This document shows, piece by piece, positions 1 through 9,917 of a stretch of 64,000 bases of DNA. Positions within the stretch are counted from its first letter, which is position 1. Each line of letters starts with the position of its first letter. The position numbers were made by a program, and so were the translations under genes. The DNA is taken from contig CAXYBK010000003.1 of the NCBI GenBank assembly GCA_964275345.1, forward strand, positions 334,797 to 398,796, read 5' to 3'. This DNA comes from an uncultured SAR86 cluster bacterium. Lineage in GTDB: Bacteria > Pseudomonadota > Gammaproteobacteria > Magnimaribacterales > D2472. A model generated the notes under the pieces. It saw nothing but the letters and a program-made list of their open reading frames with translations. It had not been told where the DNA came from and searched no databases.

Positions 1-131
1 AATGATAGAAGTAGGGATAGGTTTATAAATAGATTTTTCAATTAATGATTTCCTTAAGATATGTATTTTATCTACTTATATTTACTTTATAAACCAATAC
101 TAGACATAAATTACAGTTATTAAATTTTTAT

Positions 132-695
132 CTAAAAATCTATAACTCTTTTATCTGTAATCATTAAATCAAGTTTAGTATCATGAGGCTCACCAAAATT
201 TTTATTGGTATATTGAAAGTCAAAACCAATTCCAATAATTAAAGGCTTATTCTTAAAATTAAAAATAGCCTCTAAACCCCTGTCATAATAACCGCCACCA
301 TGACCCAATCTGAAACCACTTTTATCCGTGCCTACTATTGGAAGGATAATGAGATCTAAACCACTCACCTCAATTAATTCTGTTGAGGGCGACTCCAAGA
401 TATTGAATTTATTTAAAATTAATTTTTGATTAGAATCTAGCCTGTTAAAACAAAGACTATTTCCATCTATGATCTTTGGAATAAAAACACTGTTACCATT
501 TGAAATTAGATTCTCTTCAATGCTATCAATAAGAACTTCATTTTTTGAGGATTTATATATAAGACAATTTTTATTTTTGTATGTATCTGAATATTTAAGA
601 AGTTTTATAGCAATCTTTGCTGATTTCTCAAGAACATCTTTATCAGTCAATGAAGATAATTGTTGCTTGAGATGTTTTCTAATTTTAACTTTCAT
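132..695 (-). CDS. ygfA: 5-formyltetrahydrofolate cyclo-ligase (MTHFS family)
   Basis: ORF 132..716 has the C-terminal GHGGGYYDR motif typical of MTHFS. It lies directly downstream of the 6S RNA, as in E. coli zapA-ssrS-ygfA. I prefer the ATG at 695 (MKVKIRKH) because the TTG at 716 would overlap the 6S RNA 3' end. Confidence 0.85.
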   Translation of the reverse strand: MKVKIRKHLKQQLSSLTDKDVLEKSAKIAIKLLKYSDTYKNKNCLIYKSSKNEVLIDSIEENLISNGNSVFIPKIIDGNSLCFNRLDSNQKLILNKFNILESPSTELIEVSGLDLIILPIVGTDKSGFRLGHGGGYYDRGLEAIFNFKNKPLIIGIGFDFQYTNKNFGEPHDTKLDLMITDKRVIDF

Positions 696-706
696 GAAGA
701 TTCTAA

Positions 707-888
707 GAATCGACAAACCAATTCACCGCTATGTGCTATACCTGAACCGAAAGGACAGGTGGTGAACTTCATATCGAATCAGGCTTCCCTCTAAGGAGGT
801 AATGCTCAACAACGACATTGGATTATCACCAGATAATTTAATATCGGTTCAAAATTAATTAACACATTGGCAAATGAACCAGAATGTC
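707..888 (-). ncRNA. ssrS: 6S RNA
   Basis: The minus-strand sequence carries blocks matching E. coli 6S as I recall it: GAACCGAUAUU (E. coli GAGCCGAUAUUU), GUUGAGCAUUACCUCCUUAGAGGGAAGCCU (E. coli GGUGAGCAUGCUCGG..CCGAGAAGCCU), and GUUCACC..UUCGGUUCAGGUAUAGC (E. coli AUUCACC..GGGUUCAAGGGUUACAGC). Length is about 182 nt. A TATAAT lies just upstream (893-898), and the position between zapA and ygfA is conserved. Ends are +/-10 nt. Confidence 0.8.
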
Positions 889-929
889 CAGCTATTATAA
901 ATTAATTATTTATTATGAAAAGTAGAATA

Positions 930-1202
930 TTACTTTTCTAGAATTTCTTCGATGCTCAGAATCATACTCTGCATGGCACTCTCGTCATCAGCACTTGTCG
1001 AGGATGAATTATTATTTTGAAGAAATTTGTTAGCTAAACTTAACCCTGCAAGAATTAATGCATTGCTTTTATTATCAATGCCATCTAACTCGGAGTTTAA
1101 AAGGTCAGCAGCCTGAAGTAATGCATCCTTTTCCTCTACAGGACAGGAAAGACTAATATCTCTTCCAAAAATCTTTAATGCGACTACTTCCATGTCACTC
1201 AT
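930..1202 (-). CDS. zapA: cell division protein ZapA
   Basis: 90 aa. The N-terminal 'ALKIFGRDISLSCPVEEKDALLQAADLLN' pattern and coiled-coil C-terminus are typical of ZapA. Synteny with ssrS/ygfA supports the call. Confidence 0.85.
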   Translation of the reverse strand: MSDMEVVALKIFGRDISLSCPVEEKDALLQAADLLNSELDGIDNKSNALILAGLSLANKFLQNNNSSSTSADDESAMQSMILSIEEILEK

Positions 1203-1407
1203 CTATATCTACCCCTTTACCTAATTCAGCTATCTGATCATTTAATGAATCAATTTTTTTGGTATATTCAAGCTTAGAGGATTTCCAGTCCCTTTCTCTT
1301 TTAACATAAGAATCAATTATTCCTCTTTGCTCATCAAACCTATCAATGAGTTTATCAAGTTTTAATTTAAGGCTAGTTAGAACCGTTTTTTCTTCAGACT
1401 CATTCAT
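1195..1407 (-). CDS. small coiled-coil protein upstream of zapA (ZapB-like / TIGR02449-like)
   Basis: 70 aa, heptad-rich and acidic. It overlaps the zapA start by 8 nt. Gammaproteobacteria often carry such a gene here. Family assignment is from memory only. Confidence 0.5.
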   Translation of the reverse strand: MNESEEKTVLTSLKLKLDKLIDRFDEQRGIIDSYVKRERDWKSSKLEYTKKIDSLNDQIAELGKGVDIDE

Positions 1408-1471
1408 GTTTTTAGTTTAAATCCACCAACAGTAGTTGGGAAGTTTAATTTAAAAGAGTAAAATTAATGTT

Positions 1472-2764
1472 ATGAGTAAAGTATATCAAAAAAGAAGACA
1501 CATATTAGGCAATCTATTGCCTATGGATTGTGCAATTATTATTCCTGGAGCGGATCTTAAGTATAGAAATGCAGATTCTTCTTATAACTTCAGGCAAGAC
1601 AGTAATTTTTATTATTTATCTGGTTTTTGTGAAGCAGACTCAACTATGCTCATAGTAAATACTAATGGAGTAATTACATCTTCAGTTTTTGTTCCAAGAA
1701 AAGATAAATTAAAGGAAATATGGGATGGATTTAGAGAGGGCCCTGAGGGCGCCAAAGAAAATTATTTATTTGATAATGCCTTTAACAATGATGAAATTGA
1801 TGCTGAACTCCCAAATCTAATTCAAGGCATGAATAAAGTTTTCTACCCTTTTGGTAAAAAAGATGGATTTGATCAATTAGTAATAAATTGGATGAAGTCA
1901 GCTGGAACAAAAGACAGGCATAGCAAAGCAATAGACATTGCTGATGGCTCCTCTTTGATTGGAAACCTTAGATTAATCAAGGATGGTGAAGAAATAGAAA
2001 TTATGAAGCAAGCTGCAGACATTTCGGCTCATGCTCATATGGAGGCCATGAAGGCAGTAAAGCCAGGTATGAATGAACAATCAATTGAAGCTTTGTATTT
2101 ATATGAATTTGCAAAACAAGGCGGTCGATTTGCAGCTTATACATCTATTGTTGCTGGGGGAGATAATGCATGCGTTCTTCACTATGTAGACAACAACCAA
2201 GATCTAAATGAGTCAGATCTTTTACTTGTTGATGCTGGTTGTGAATTTAAGATGTATGCATCAGATATTACAAGAACATTTCCAATCAATGGTAAGTTCT
2301 CAGAAGAACAGCTTGCTGTATACAATGTTGTATTAGAAGCTCTGCATAAAGCTACAGAATGTGTGAAAGTTGGAAATAACATAATGGATCCGCAGATCAC
2401 ATCAGAAAAAATAATTACTAAAGGGCTAGTTGAATTAGGAATTCTTAAAGGCGATGTTGATGATTTGCATCAACAAGGAGCTTTTAAAGATTTCTATATG
2501 CATAAGATTGGTCATTGGCTAGGTCTAGATGTCCATGACGCTGGTGATTATATGGAGAATAATGATCATATGGCCTTTAAGCCTGGAATGGTGACTACAG
2601 TTGAGCCTGGAATTTATATTAGCAAAGATGCTAATGTCGATGACAAGTGGAAAGGTATTGGTATAAGAATCGAGGATGATATTCTTGTAACCGAGTCAGG
2701 TAATCTCAATTTAACTGCTAAGGTTCCATCTGATCCAAAAGAAATCGAAGCCTTAATGGCCTAA
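1472..2764 (+). CDS. pepP: Xaa-Pro aminopeptidase (M24B)
   Basis: 430 aa with M24 metal-ligand motifs (DAGCEF..YASDITRT, HKIGHWLGLDVHD, VEPGIY, IRIEDD). pepP-ubiH synteny matches E. coli. Confidence 0.92.
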   Translation: MSKVYQKRRHILGNLLPMDCAIIIPGADLKYRNADSSYNFRQDSNFYYLSGFCEADSTMLIVNTNGVITSSVFVPRKDKLKEIWDGFREGPEGAKENYLFDNAFNNDEIDAELPNLIQGMNKVFYPFGKKDGFDQLVINWMKSAGTKDRHSKAIDIADGSSLIGNLRLIKDGEEIEIMKQAADISAHAHMEAMKAVKPGMNEQSIEALYLYEFAKQGGRFAAYTSIVAGGDNACVLHYVDNNQDLNESDLLLVDAGCEFKMYASDITRTFPINGKFSEEQLAVYNVVLEALHKATECVKVGNNIMDPQITSEKIITKGLVELGILKGDVDDLHQQGAFKDFYMHKIGHWLGLDVHDAGDYMENNDHMAFKPGMVTTVEPGIYISKDANVDDKWKGIGIRIEDDILVTESGNLNLTAKVPSDPKEIEALMA

Positions 2765-2771
2765 TAATTTT

Positions 2772-3923
2772 ATGGAACATCCTGTCATAATTTCTGGAGG
2801 AGGGATTATTGGTTGTTATGTTCATTTACGCCTAAAACAAGCTGGTATATCTTCACAAATAATTGAGAAAGGACCATCATTAACAAGCTTAAGTTCAAAT
2901 ATTAGGACTATTTCTCTCAATCCTAGCACCTATAAACTTCTCTTAGAAATAGGTATTGAGCTAGAGTCTGCATCAGTTGAAACCATAAAAGTATCAGATG
3001 GAGACGGCTCTGGAAAAATTCAATTTACAGCTAATGAAGTTGATGAAGAAGCCCTATCGCATGTAGCTATGTTCAATGAGCTCTTAGAAAAAATACAAGA
3101 CAAGGCTTCAAATGCTATCCAGTTTGAATCTGAAATAATCTCTGTTTCTAAATTAGATAAATTAACAAAAATAACCCTGAGTAATAATTGTGAACTTCAA
3201 ACTTCACTTCTTATTGGCTCTGATGGAAGAAATTCACCTGTCGCACAACTATCAAATTTCATTTCCAAAACGAATGATTACAAGCAGACGGCCTTTACTT
3301 TTTTAGCAAAAGAAGCATCAGATGACAATAATTCTACAGCCATCCAGATATTCTCTGATAAAGGAATTTTTGCATTAATGCCAATAAAACATTTAGATGA
3401 AAACATGTTTTCAGTTGTATGGTCTGTTCCCAATGAGCTTTTAAAAGATACTAATAAAGATAATTTTGTTAGTGAAAATATTAATGCAATGACATCTAAG
3501 ATTAATTCAAAAATTACATTAGAATCTGACATTATAAGTTTTCCTCTATCAAACCATCACCTTGACTCTTACATGAAGGAGGGCGTGGTTGTTGTTGGAG
3601 ATGCTGCTCACTCTATCCATCCTTTAGCTGGACAAGGAATAAACCTTGGCTTTGCTGATGCAGATATTTTATGTGAAGAAATAATAGAGGCTTACAAGAA
3701 AGGTTATTCGATTGGATCTCATAGAGTCTTAAAGAAATATGAAATAAGAAGAAAATCAATTAATGAAATTATGCTCAAAGCTATGGATGGCTTTATAGGA
3801 TTATTTGGCTCAAGTAACATATATATTAAAGTTTTAAGAAACCTTGGATTAAATATTTTTAACAAGATTTCATTTATGAAAGTATTTTTTATTAATCATG
3901 CCTCAGGATCTCACAAGCTATGA
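2772..3923 (+). CDS. ubiH: FAD-dependent ubiquinone-biosynthesis hydroxylase (UbiH/UbiF/VisC/COQ6 family)
   Basis: N-terminal GGGIIG dinucleotide fold, GSDGRNS motif, and the 'VVVGDAAHSIHPLAGQGINLG' signature of this monooxygenase family. It follows pepP as in E. coli. Confidence 0.8.
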   Translation: MEHPVIISGGGIIGCYVHLRLKQAGISSQIIEKGPSLTSLSSNIRTISLNPSTYKLLLEIGIELESASVETIKVSDGDGSGKIQFTANEVDEEALSHVAMFNELLEKIQDKASNAIQFESEIISVSKLDKLTKITLSNNCELQTSLLIGSDGRNSPVAQLSNFISKTNDYKQTAFTFLAKEASDDNNSTAIQIFSDKGIFALMPIKHLDENMFSVVWSVPNELLKDTNKDNFVSENINAMTSKINSKITLESDIISFPLSNHHLDSYMKEGVVVVGDAAHSIHPLAGQGINLGFADADILCEEIIEAYKKGYSIGSHRVLKKYEIRRKSINEIMLKAMDGFIGLFGSSNIYIKVLRNLGLNIFNKISFMKVFFINHASGSHKL

Positions 3924-3943
3924 TTGATCAGTTGCTTTTTAAA

Positions 3944-3958
3944 TGAGAATGATTATCA
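3944..3958. promoter_or_regulatory. Fur-box-like 7-1-7 palindrome TGAGAAT-G-ATTATCA
   Basis: 13/14 match to the TGATAAT-N-ATTATCA Fur core. It lies 32-46 nt upstream of the ATG of the Fe(3+)-binding protein gene. Confidence 0.6.
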
Positions 3959-3989
3959 TCTGAGTATTAATTTACTAGATTTTTTTAAA

Positions 3990-4987
3990 ATGAGATTTAC
4001 AAAACTTTTATGTCTTTCGGTTTTACTGGTTTCATGTAGCCAAGAAAAACCCACAGAACAGCTTACAATCTATACATCTAGACAACCTCAACTTATAGAG
4101 CCTTTATTAGAGCAATATAAGGAAAAAACTGGTGTAGAGGTAAGATTACTTTCAGGCAAAGCGCCACAGCTCATGGAAAGAATCGCAGTAGAAGGCACTG
4201 CAACAGAGGCTGATATATTCATGACAGTTGATGCTGGAGTATTATGGCAAGCTGGTAAAAAGGAAATTTTTGAAGAAATAGATTCAAATATTTTAAATAA
4301 AAATATACCAGAACACTTAAGAGATGCTGATGGCAAGTGGTTTGGCTTATCAAAAAGGGCTAGAACTATTGTATATAACTCTGACTTAGTTTCTGCTGAT
4401 GATCTTTCTTCATATAAAGACTTAGCCTATCCAAAATGGGCAAATAAGCTTTGCTTAAGAACTTCAACTAAGGTTTACAACAGATCACTTATAGCAAGCA
4501 TGATTGATGCAGATGGCTATGCGGTACAAAAAATGTAGTTCAAGGCTGGGTAAATAATCTTGCTACCGAAGTTTTTTCAAGTGACACACAGGTCCTAAAA
4601 GCAGTTTCAGCAGGACAATGTGGAGTAACAATAGTAAATACATATTATTTAGCAAGACTTGCTGATGATCCAACATACTCTAATTTAAAATTACATTGGG
4701 CAAATCAGGAGGGCAGAGGAACTCATGTCAACATTTCAGGTGCTGGAGTTGTTAAATATTCTAAAAATAAAGCTGAAGCAATAAAATTATTAGAATGGTT
4801 ATCTTCGAATGAAGCTCAGGAGACTTATGCTGGAGCAAATAAAGAATTTCCAGTTATGGATGGAGTTCCAGTGGGCTCAATTCTTAAAAATTGGGGCTCT
4901 TTTAAAGAAGATCTTATCTTAGTAGAAAAATTAGGATCACTTCAAAAAGAGGCAGTCCTTTTAGCTCAAGAAGCTGAATATAAATAA
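3990..4987 (+). CDS. Fe(3+) ABC-transporter periplasmic binding protein (FbpA/FutA-like), frame broken at an A6 run
   Basis: Lipoprotein-type signal MRFTKLLCLSVLLVSC. ORF 3924..4538 stops at 4536. The +1 frame continues as VQGWVNNLATEVF...GAGVVKYSKNKAEAIKLLEWLSS..EAEYK to 4987. Adding one A to the run at 4528-4533 restores a 332-aa protein. Confidence 0.8.
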
Positions 4988-5023
4988 GACTTAATGGAAT
5001 AAGAAGACTTTGGATTAAAGGTA

Positions 5024-5260
5024 TTAAACCTTTTCGCCGCGTGAGCGCATCTCTTTGAGAACTTCGCTAATACCTTTTTTATCAATAATACGCATTCCCT
5101 TTGCAGAGACTTTAAGGTTTACAAACCTATTTTCAGATTCAACCCAAAACTTATGTGTATGCAAGTTAGGAAAAAACTTTCTTTTAGTCCTATTGTTAGC
5201 ATGAGAAACATTGTTTCCTGATTGTGGAATCTTACCGGTTACTTGACAAATTTTACTCAT
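5024..5260 (-). CDS. rpmB: 50S ribosomal protein L28
   Basis: 78 aa. The [27 protein letters not shown] pattern is diagnostic. Confidence 0.95.
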   Translation of the reverse strand: MSKICQVTGKIPQSGNNVSHANNRTKRKFFPNLHTHKFWVESENRFVNLKVSAKGMRIIDKKGISEVLKEMRSRGEKV

Positions 5261-5436
5261 AGAAACGCGATTTTATATATAACAGCCACACTTAGCAATA
5301 CTATTAGCAATTAATATCAATTTTTATAAATTTTTTGCTATCACTAATACCTAGCTTGCAAATGGATTTAGAATGGGAGAAAGTAGCAACTTATAAAAAA
5401 AATTAAATTTTCTTAAAAGCTAAAGGATTTTACCTC

Positions 5437-5892
5437 TTGTTAAATATAAAAATAAAAATCATCAACTCTAAAATTGGAACCGAAATACCTTTACCTGAAT
5501 ACAAGACTTCTGGATCAGCCGGTATGGACGTTAGAGCATGTCTTGAAAACTCAATTACTTTAAAGCCTGGTAAGACAGAAATGATACCTTTAGGTTTTGC
5601 AATGCATATTCATGATGCAAATGTAGCTGCACTAATTATTCCGAGATCAGGACTTGGCTCTAAGCATGGAATAGTATTAGGAAACCTAGTTGGGCTTATA
5701 GATTCAGACTATCAGGGTGAATTAATGGTTCCAGCCTGGAATAGATCTAATGAAGATTTTCAAATTTTATCTGGAGATAGAATTGCACAAATGGTAATAG
5801 CACCGGTAATCCAGGCAAACTTTCAAGTTGTAGGTGATTTCGAGGAAACTGAAAGAGGAGAGAAGGGCTTTGGAAGTTCTGGAGTAAAATGA
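5437..5892 (+). CDS. dut: dUTP diphosphatase
   Basis: 151 aa with motifs [26 protein letters not shown] and [10 protein letters not shown]. Confidence 0.95.
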   Translation: MLNIKIKIINSKIGTEIPLPEYKTSGSAGMDVRACLENSITLKPGKTEMIPLGFAMHIHDANVAALIIPRSGLGSKHGIVLGNLVGLIDSDYQGELMVPAWNRSNEDFQILSGDRIAQMVIAPVIQANFQVVGDFEETERGEKGFGSSGVK

Positions 5893-5897
5893 ATTTA

Positions 5898-6146
5898 CTA
5901 TTTCTTTTTACCAAATCTCTCTTCGAAACGCTGAACTCTTCCGCCAGTATCAATAATTTTCTGTTTTCCAGTATAAAAAGGATGAGATTCAGAAGAGATT
6001 TCAACAGGATAATATGGATAAGTTTTTCCATCTTCCCACTCTTTTGTCTTAGTTGGGTTTAACGTAGAACGAATGAGAAAGTGCTTATCAACACTGATAT
6101 CATGGAATAGCACTTGACGGGTTTCAGGATGTATTTCTTTTTTCAT
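5898..6146 (-). CDS. rpmE: 50S ribosomal protein L31, type B (no zinc ribbon)
   Basis: [26 protein letters not shown]. No Cys residues at all. Divergent from priA as in E. coli. Start taken at the MKKEIHP methionine. Confidence 0.9.
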   Translation of the reverse strand: MKKEIHPETRQVLFHDISVDKHFLIRSTLNPTKTKEWEDGKTYPYYPVEISSESHPFYTGKQKIIDTGGRVQRFEERFGKKK

Positions 6147-6205
6147 AATAAAATTCAAATTTGGGTGAGAACTATAACAAAAAAGTCGATCTTTTCAATT
6201 AAAAC

Positions 6206-8182
6206 ATGAATATTTTTTATTACGACATTGCTATCCCTATTCCCATAAGAGAAACATTTACCTATCAATCAAAAGAAATTTTAAAAAGTGGATCAAGGGT
6301 TGCAGTTAAATTTAGAAATAAAGATATAGTAGGTTACGTGGTGAAGCAGCTTGATAACAAGCCAGATTTTTCAACAACTGAAATATCTGAAATGTTAGAT
6401 AGTGAACCAATCTTTAAGTCTTCAGATATGCAAATTATTTTATGGTTAGCAGACTACTACCATCACCCGATAGGAGAAGTATTTGATACTTTTTGCCCGC
6501 CAGCATTACGAAAAATAACAAAAACTAATACCTTATTGGCAATCGAAGAGCCAATATATATAGCTTCATCAGAAGATAAAGTATTTGAGCTAAATAAAGA
6601 ACAACTGAATTGTATAAAAGAAATTAAAAACCTTAAAGGGTTTGACCCCTGTCTTTTATACGGAGTGACCGGCTCAGGTAAGACAGAAATTTATTTGCAG
6701 ATTGCGGACTTCTATTTATCTCAAGGCCATTCAATATTAATTCTTGTTCCAGAAATTTCTTTAACTCCTCAGTTGCAAGAAAGGTTTATTAATAGATTTG
6801 GAGATAACATCGGTATATATCATTCAAGGCAAACACCAAAGCAAAGATATGATGTTTGGCAAAAAGCGAGGAATGGTGAGATAAAAATAGTAATTGGAAC
6901 CAGATCTGCTGTTTTGTGCCCATTAAATAATTTAGGCTTGATCATAGTAGATGAAGAGCATGACCAGTCATACAAACAACATGAAGGTTTTAGATTTTCT
7001 GCAAGAGATGTAAGTATTAAAAGAGCGCAAGTTGAAAATATCCCAATAATTCTTGGAACAGCCACACCTTCATTACAAACGCTAAAACTAGTTAAAGATA
7101 AAAAGTACAAACAAATAAATATGTTAAAGAGAGCAAATGGCTCTGAGCCGCCAGGCTTTATAACATTAGATATTAATGACTCAAAGCTTGAATCTGGGAT
7201 TGCGAAAGAGTCACTCGATGCAATAGAAAATACATTAAATAGAAACAAACAAGTACTTATTTTTATTAATAGAAGAGGATTCTCACCTCTGTATGAGTGC
7301 AATAGTTGTAGATGGGTAGCAGAATGTAAATCATGTGATGCGCGCTTAGTTTTTCACCATGGCTTAGATAGATTGATATGTCACAGGTGTGAGTCTGCAT
7401 TCGGAGTGCCAAAAACATGTCCAGAGTGCTCTAGTTCTAATTTAAGCCTTCAAGGATCAGGCACAGAAAGAATAGAATTATTTTTAGAAAAGTATTTTAC
7501 AGATACAAGTATTATTAGACTTGATCATGACACCACTAAAAAGAAAGGCTCTCTGGATGAAATTATACAAAAAGTACATAAATCAGATTCAGCAATTTTA
7601 GTAGGAACTCAAATGCTTGCCAAAGGGCATGATTTTCCAAAAGTTGAATTGGGTGTGATACTTAATTGTGATGCGGGTATTACAAGCCCAGACATCAATA
7701 GTCTTGAAAAAATTTCACAGTTGCTCATTCAAGTTTCTGGGCGTGTCGGAAGAAAGGATGGAAATGGTAAAGTTTTAATTCAGACTAGATATCCTGAAGA
7801 TGAAAATTTATTAGAATTAAGATCTGGTGATTATCTTCACTTTGCACTAAAAAATCTAAAGCAAAAAAAAGACCTTCATCATCCACCTTATTCGGCAGTT
7901 TGTTTAATGAGGACGAGCTCGCCTCTGGCTGAACATAATATTAACTTCTTAGAAAAAGTAGCTAATACTTTGAATACTAGATCTGAAATATCAGCAATAG
8001 GACCAATACCATCAATCATCTCAAAGAACAGAGGAAATTTTAGACATCATCTAATTATTCAAACTCAATCAAAAACTTTATTAAATAAATATGTAAAGGA
8101 TATTATTGTTTCAGTTGCCACTTGGAAGGAAACTAAAAAAGTTAAGTGGTTCTTTGATATAGATCCAATTGATTATAGCTAG
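6206..8182 (+). CDS. priA: primosomal replication protein N' (PriA helicase)
   Basis: 658 aa with Walker A GVTGSGKT, DEEH box, Cys-rich zinc-binding insert (CNSCRW..CKSCD..CHRC..CPEC) and C-terminal helicase motifs. Confidence 0.93.
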   Translation: MNIFYYDIAIPIPIRETFTYQSKEILKSGSRVAVKFRNKDIVGYVVKQLDNKPDFSTTEISEMLDSEPIFKSSDMQIILWLADYYHHPIGEVFDTFCPPALRKITKTNTLLAIEEPIYIASSEDKVFELNKEQLNCIKEIKNLKGFDPCLLYGVTGSGKTEIYLQIADFYLSQGHSILILVPEISLTPQLQERFINRFGDNIGIYHSRQTPKQRYDVWQKARNGEIKIVIGTRSAVLCPLNNLGLIIVDEEHDQSYKQHEGFRFSARDVSIKRAQVENIPIILGTATPSLQTLKLVKDKKYKQINMLKRANGSEPPGFITLDINDSKLESGIAKESLDAIENTLNRNKQVLIFINRRGFSPLYECNSCRWVAECKSCDARLVFHHGLDRLICHRCESAFGVPKTCPECSSSNLSLQGSGTERIELFLEKYFTDTSIIRLDHDTTKKKGSLDEIIQKVHKSDSAILVGTQMLAKGHDFPKVELGVILNCDAGITSPDINSLEKISQLLIQVSGRVGRKDGNGKVLIQTRYPEDENLLELRSGDYLHFALKNLKQKKDLHHPPYSAVCLMRTSSPLAEHNINFLEKVANTLNTRSEISAIGPIPSIISKNRGNFRHHLIIQTQSKTLLNKYVKDIIVSVATWKETKKVKWFFDIDPIDYS

Positions 8183-9450
8183 ATAGCTATCTTAATTTTT
8201 TGTCCCGGATAGATAGCTTTGCCACCAAGATTATTTAGATCCAGTATTTCATCGACCGTAACCCCAAATCTTATTGCAATCTCTGATATGACATCACCCT
8301 TTTGAATAGTGTATTCAACGCTAGCCTGCACAGGGTCCATGAAGGTATTAGGCTTAGGTTTTTCTTTAAAATAATTATGGATTCCTAAAAAGATTGATCT
8401 AGCTATCATTCTTCTTCCAGGCTTTCCTTTTAATCTGGCAGCATCTTCAGGATTTGATAAAAAACCAGACTCTACCAAAACAGAAGGTATATCTATAGAT
8501 TTTAAGACTCTAAAATCTGCAAATTCAACATTCTTTTTATGCAATTTTGTATAAGGATCTAATCTTAATTTATCCAAAATTTTGTTACCTAAGAGAATAC
8601 TATTTTCTATTTTTGCCTCATAAACTAATTGATATAGAGTTCTAGCAGCATCTTCATCAAAATCATTTACATCTAATTTACCTATTTTTGCTTTTACCTC
8701 AGGATTATTTGCAAGTTCTTTCTTTGAAAGATTCTCAGCTGTAATACTTGATGCTTCCTCTGACCAAACAAAGACCGAAGCACCTTTAACAGATGCTAAT
8801 CTAAATGCATCAGCATGGATAGAAACGAAGATATCTGCACCAACCTTTCTTGCATTTTGATATCTATCATTAAGATCAACAAAAGAATCATCTCTTCTTA
8901 TCATTACCGGTTTATAGCCCTTTGTATCCCTAAGAGTTCTTTCAAGCTCTTTTGCAATTAGCAGAGTAATATCCTTTTCTAAGATATTTAACTTTCCAAC
9001 AGCACCTGGATCCTTTCCACCATGACCTGCATCAATAGCAACAATAATATCTCTTATATTCTTTTCAAGGTTTTTATCTTTCTTGATTTCAAAGATCAAT
9101 AAAACATGATCTTTTTTTTCTATTTGCCAAGGCTTTTTCCAATAAACTGATTCATATAGATCTAGCACTATTCTAGAAGTAGAGCCATCTTGAGAAGCTC
9201 GTATTTTTTTAATAGGGTAATTTTGACGGCTATCTAGCTCTTCATTAAGTTTAGAATCTTTAATATCGATCACAATTCGAGATGGGTCATCCAAAGCATA
9301 AGATTTAACCAGAGCAACTTTGCTTAATTTAAAAGTAATTCTTATTTCACCAGTCGGCATTTCCTTGATTGACGAAAACTCTGCTAAATTGGAAGCATTG
9401 CCATCCAAACTAATAAAAAATAAGCAGCTTAGAATAATTAATTGTTTCAT
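8179..9450 (-). CDS. amiB: N-acetylmuramoyl-L-alanine amidase with N-terminal AMIN and C-terminal LysM domains
   Basis: Signal peptide, AIDAGHGGKDPGA and SIHADA amidase_3 motifs, C-terminal LysM (YTIQKGDVISEIAIRFGV). Synteny nnr-tsaE-amiB. Confidence 0.88.
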   Translation of the reverse strand: MKQLIILSCLFFISLDGNASNLAEFSSIKEMPTGEIRITFKLSKVALVKSYALDDPSRIVIDIKDSKLNEELDSRQNYPIKKIRASQDGSTSRIVLDLYESVYWKKPWQIEKKDHVLLIFEIKKDKNLEKNIRDIIVAIDAGHGGKDPGAVGKLNILEKDITLLIAKELERTLRDTKGYKPVMIRRDDSFVDLNDRYQNARKVGADIFVSIHADAFRLASVKGASVFVWSEEASSITAENLSKKELANNPEVKAKIGKLDVNDFDEDAARTLYQLVYEAKIENSILLGNKILDKLRLDPYTKLHKKNVEFADFRVLKSIDIPSVLVESGFLSNPEDAARLKGKPGRRMIARSIFLGIHNYFKEKPKPNTFMDPVQASVEYTIQKGDVISEIAIRFGVTVDEILDLNNLGGKAIYPGQKIKIAI

Positions 9451-9452
9451 TT

Positions 9453-9917
9453 TTACTTATATTTTTTTATTAATTTTTCAAGAAGAATTGTATCTCCAAT
9501 TATTCTTATTTTCCTACTATTTTCAAAATGTAGCATATTAATCTTTAGATTAAATAGCCTCTTGCCTTCAACTTTTTCTGGCCACTCTATAAATATTATT
9601 TTTTTACCATCAAAACTTCTATTCAGTTCAAGCATTTCAACATCTTCTTCGATTTCAGTTCTATAAAGATCAATATGTAAAACTAGAAATTGTTCAAAGT
9701 CATATTCTTCGCAGATAGTATAGGTCGGACTTTTAACAGATCCACTCCACCCAAGAGCTCTAAGAACGCCTCTTACTAAAGTAGTTTTGCCTGCACCAAG
9801 ATCACCTTGAAGATGAAACTCAAATATAGATTCATCAGAGTCTTTAATAAGCATAGCAATGCTTCTTCCAAAATCTAAAGTTTCGCTTTCATCTTGAAGA
9901 ATATAATTTTCTATCAT
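9453..9917 (-). CDS. tsaE: tRNA t6A37 biosynthesis ATPase TsaE
   Basis: 154 aa with GDLGAGKTTLVRG P-loop and SPTY motif. Position between nnr and amiB. Confidence 0.9.
   Translation of the reverse strand: MIENYILQDESETLDFGRSIAMLIKDSDESIFEFHLQGDLGAGKTTLVRGVLRALGWSGSVKSPTYTICEEYDFEQFLVLHIDLYRTEIEEDVEMLELNRSFDGKKIIFIEWPEKVEGKRLFNLKINMLHFENSRKIRIIGDTILLEKLIKKYK

Noticed and set aside
469-765. 98-aa plus-strand ORF overlapping the MTHFS gene and the 6S RNA region
   Set aside because: It lies antisense to a well-supported gene. Its composition is low-complexity and hydrophobic, typical of shadow ORFs in AT-rich DNA.
6159-6205. Zur box upstream of the Cys-free L31 gene
   Set aside because: Only one TGTTATA-like half-site is present. 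There is no palindromic partner.
6820-7302. 160-aa minus-strand ORF inside priA
   Set aside because: It lies antisense to a conserved helicase gene and has no recognisable motifs. Other shadow ORFs rejected for the same reason: 2182..2400, 3278..3532, 4088..4336, 5747..6031, 10626..10958, 20057..20401, 20845..21132, 28806..29204, 30168..30395, 33896..34159, 34164..34451, 37860..38141, 39807..40127, 43883..44098, 56151..56366, 57063..57368, 60376..60612, 62144..62440.
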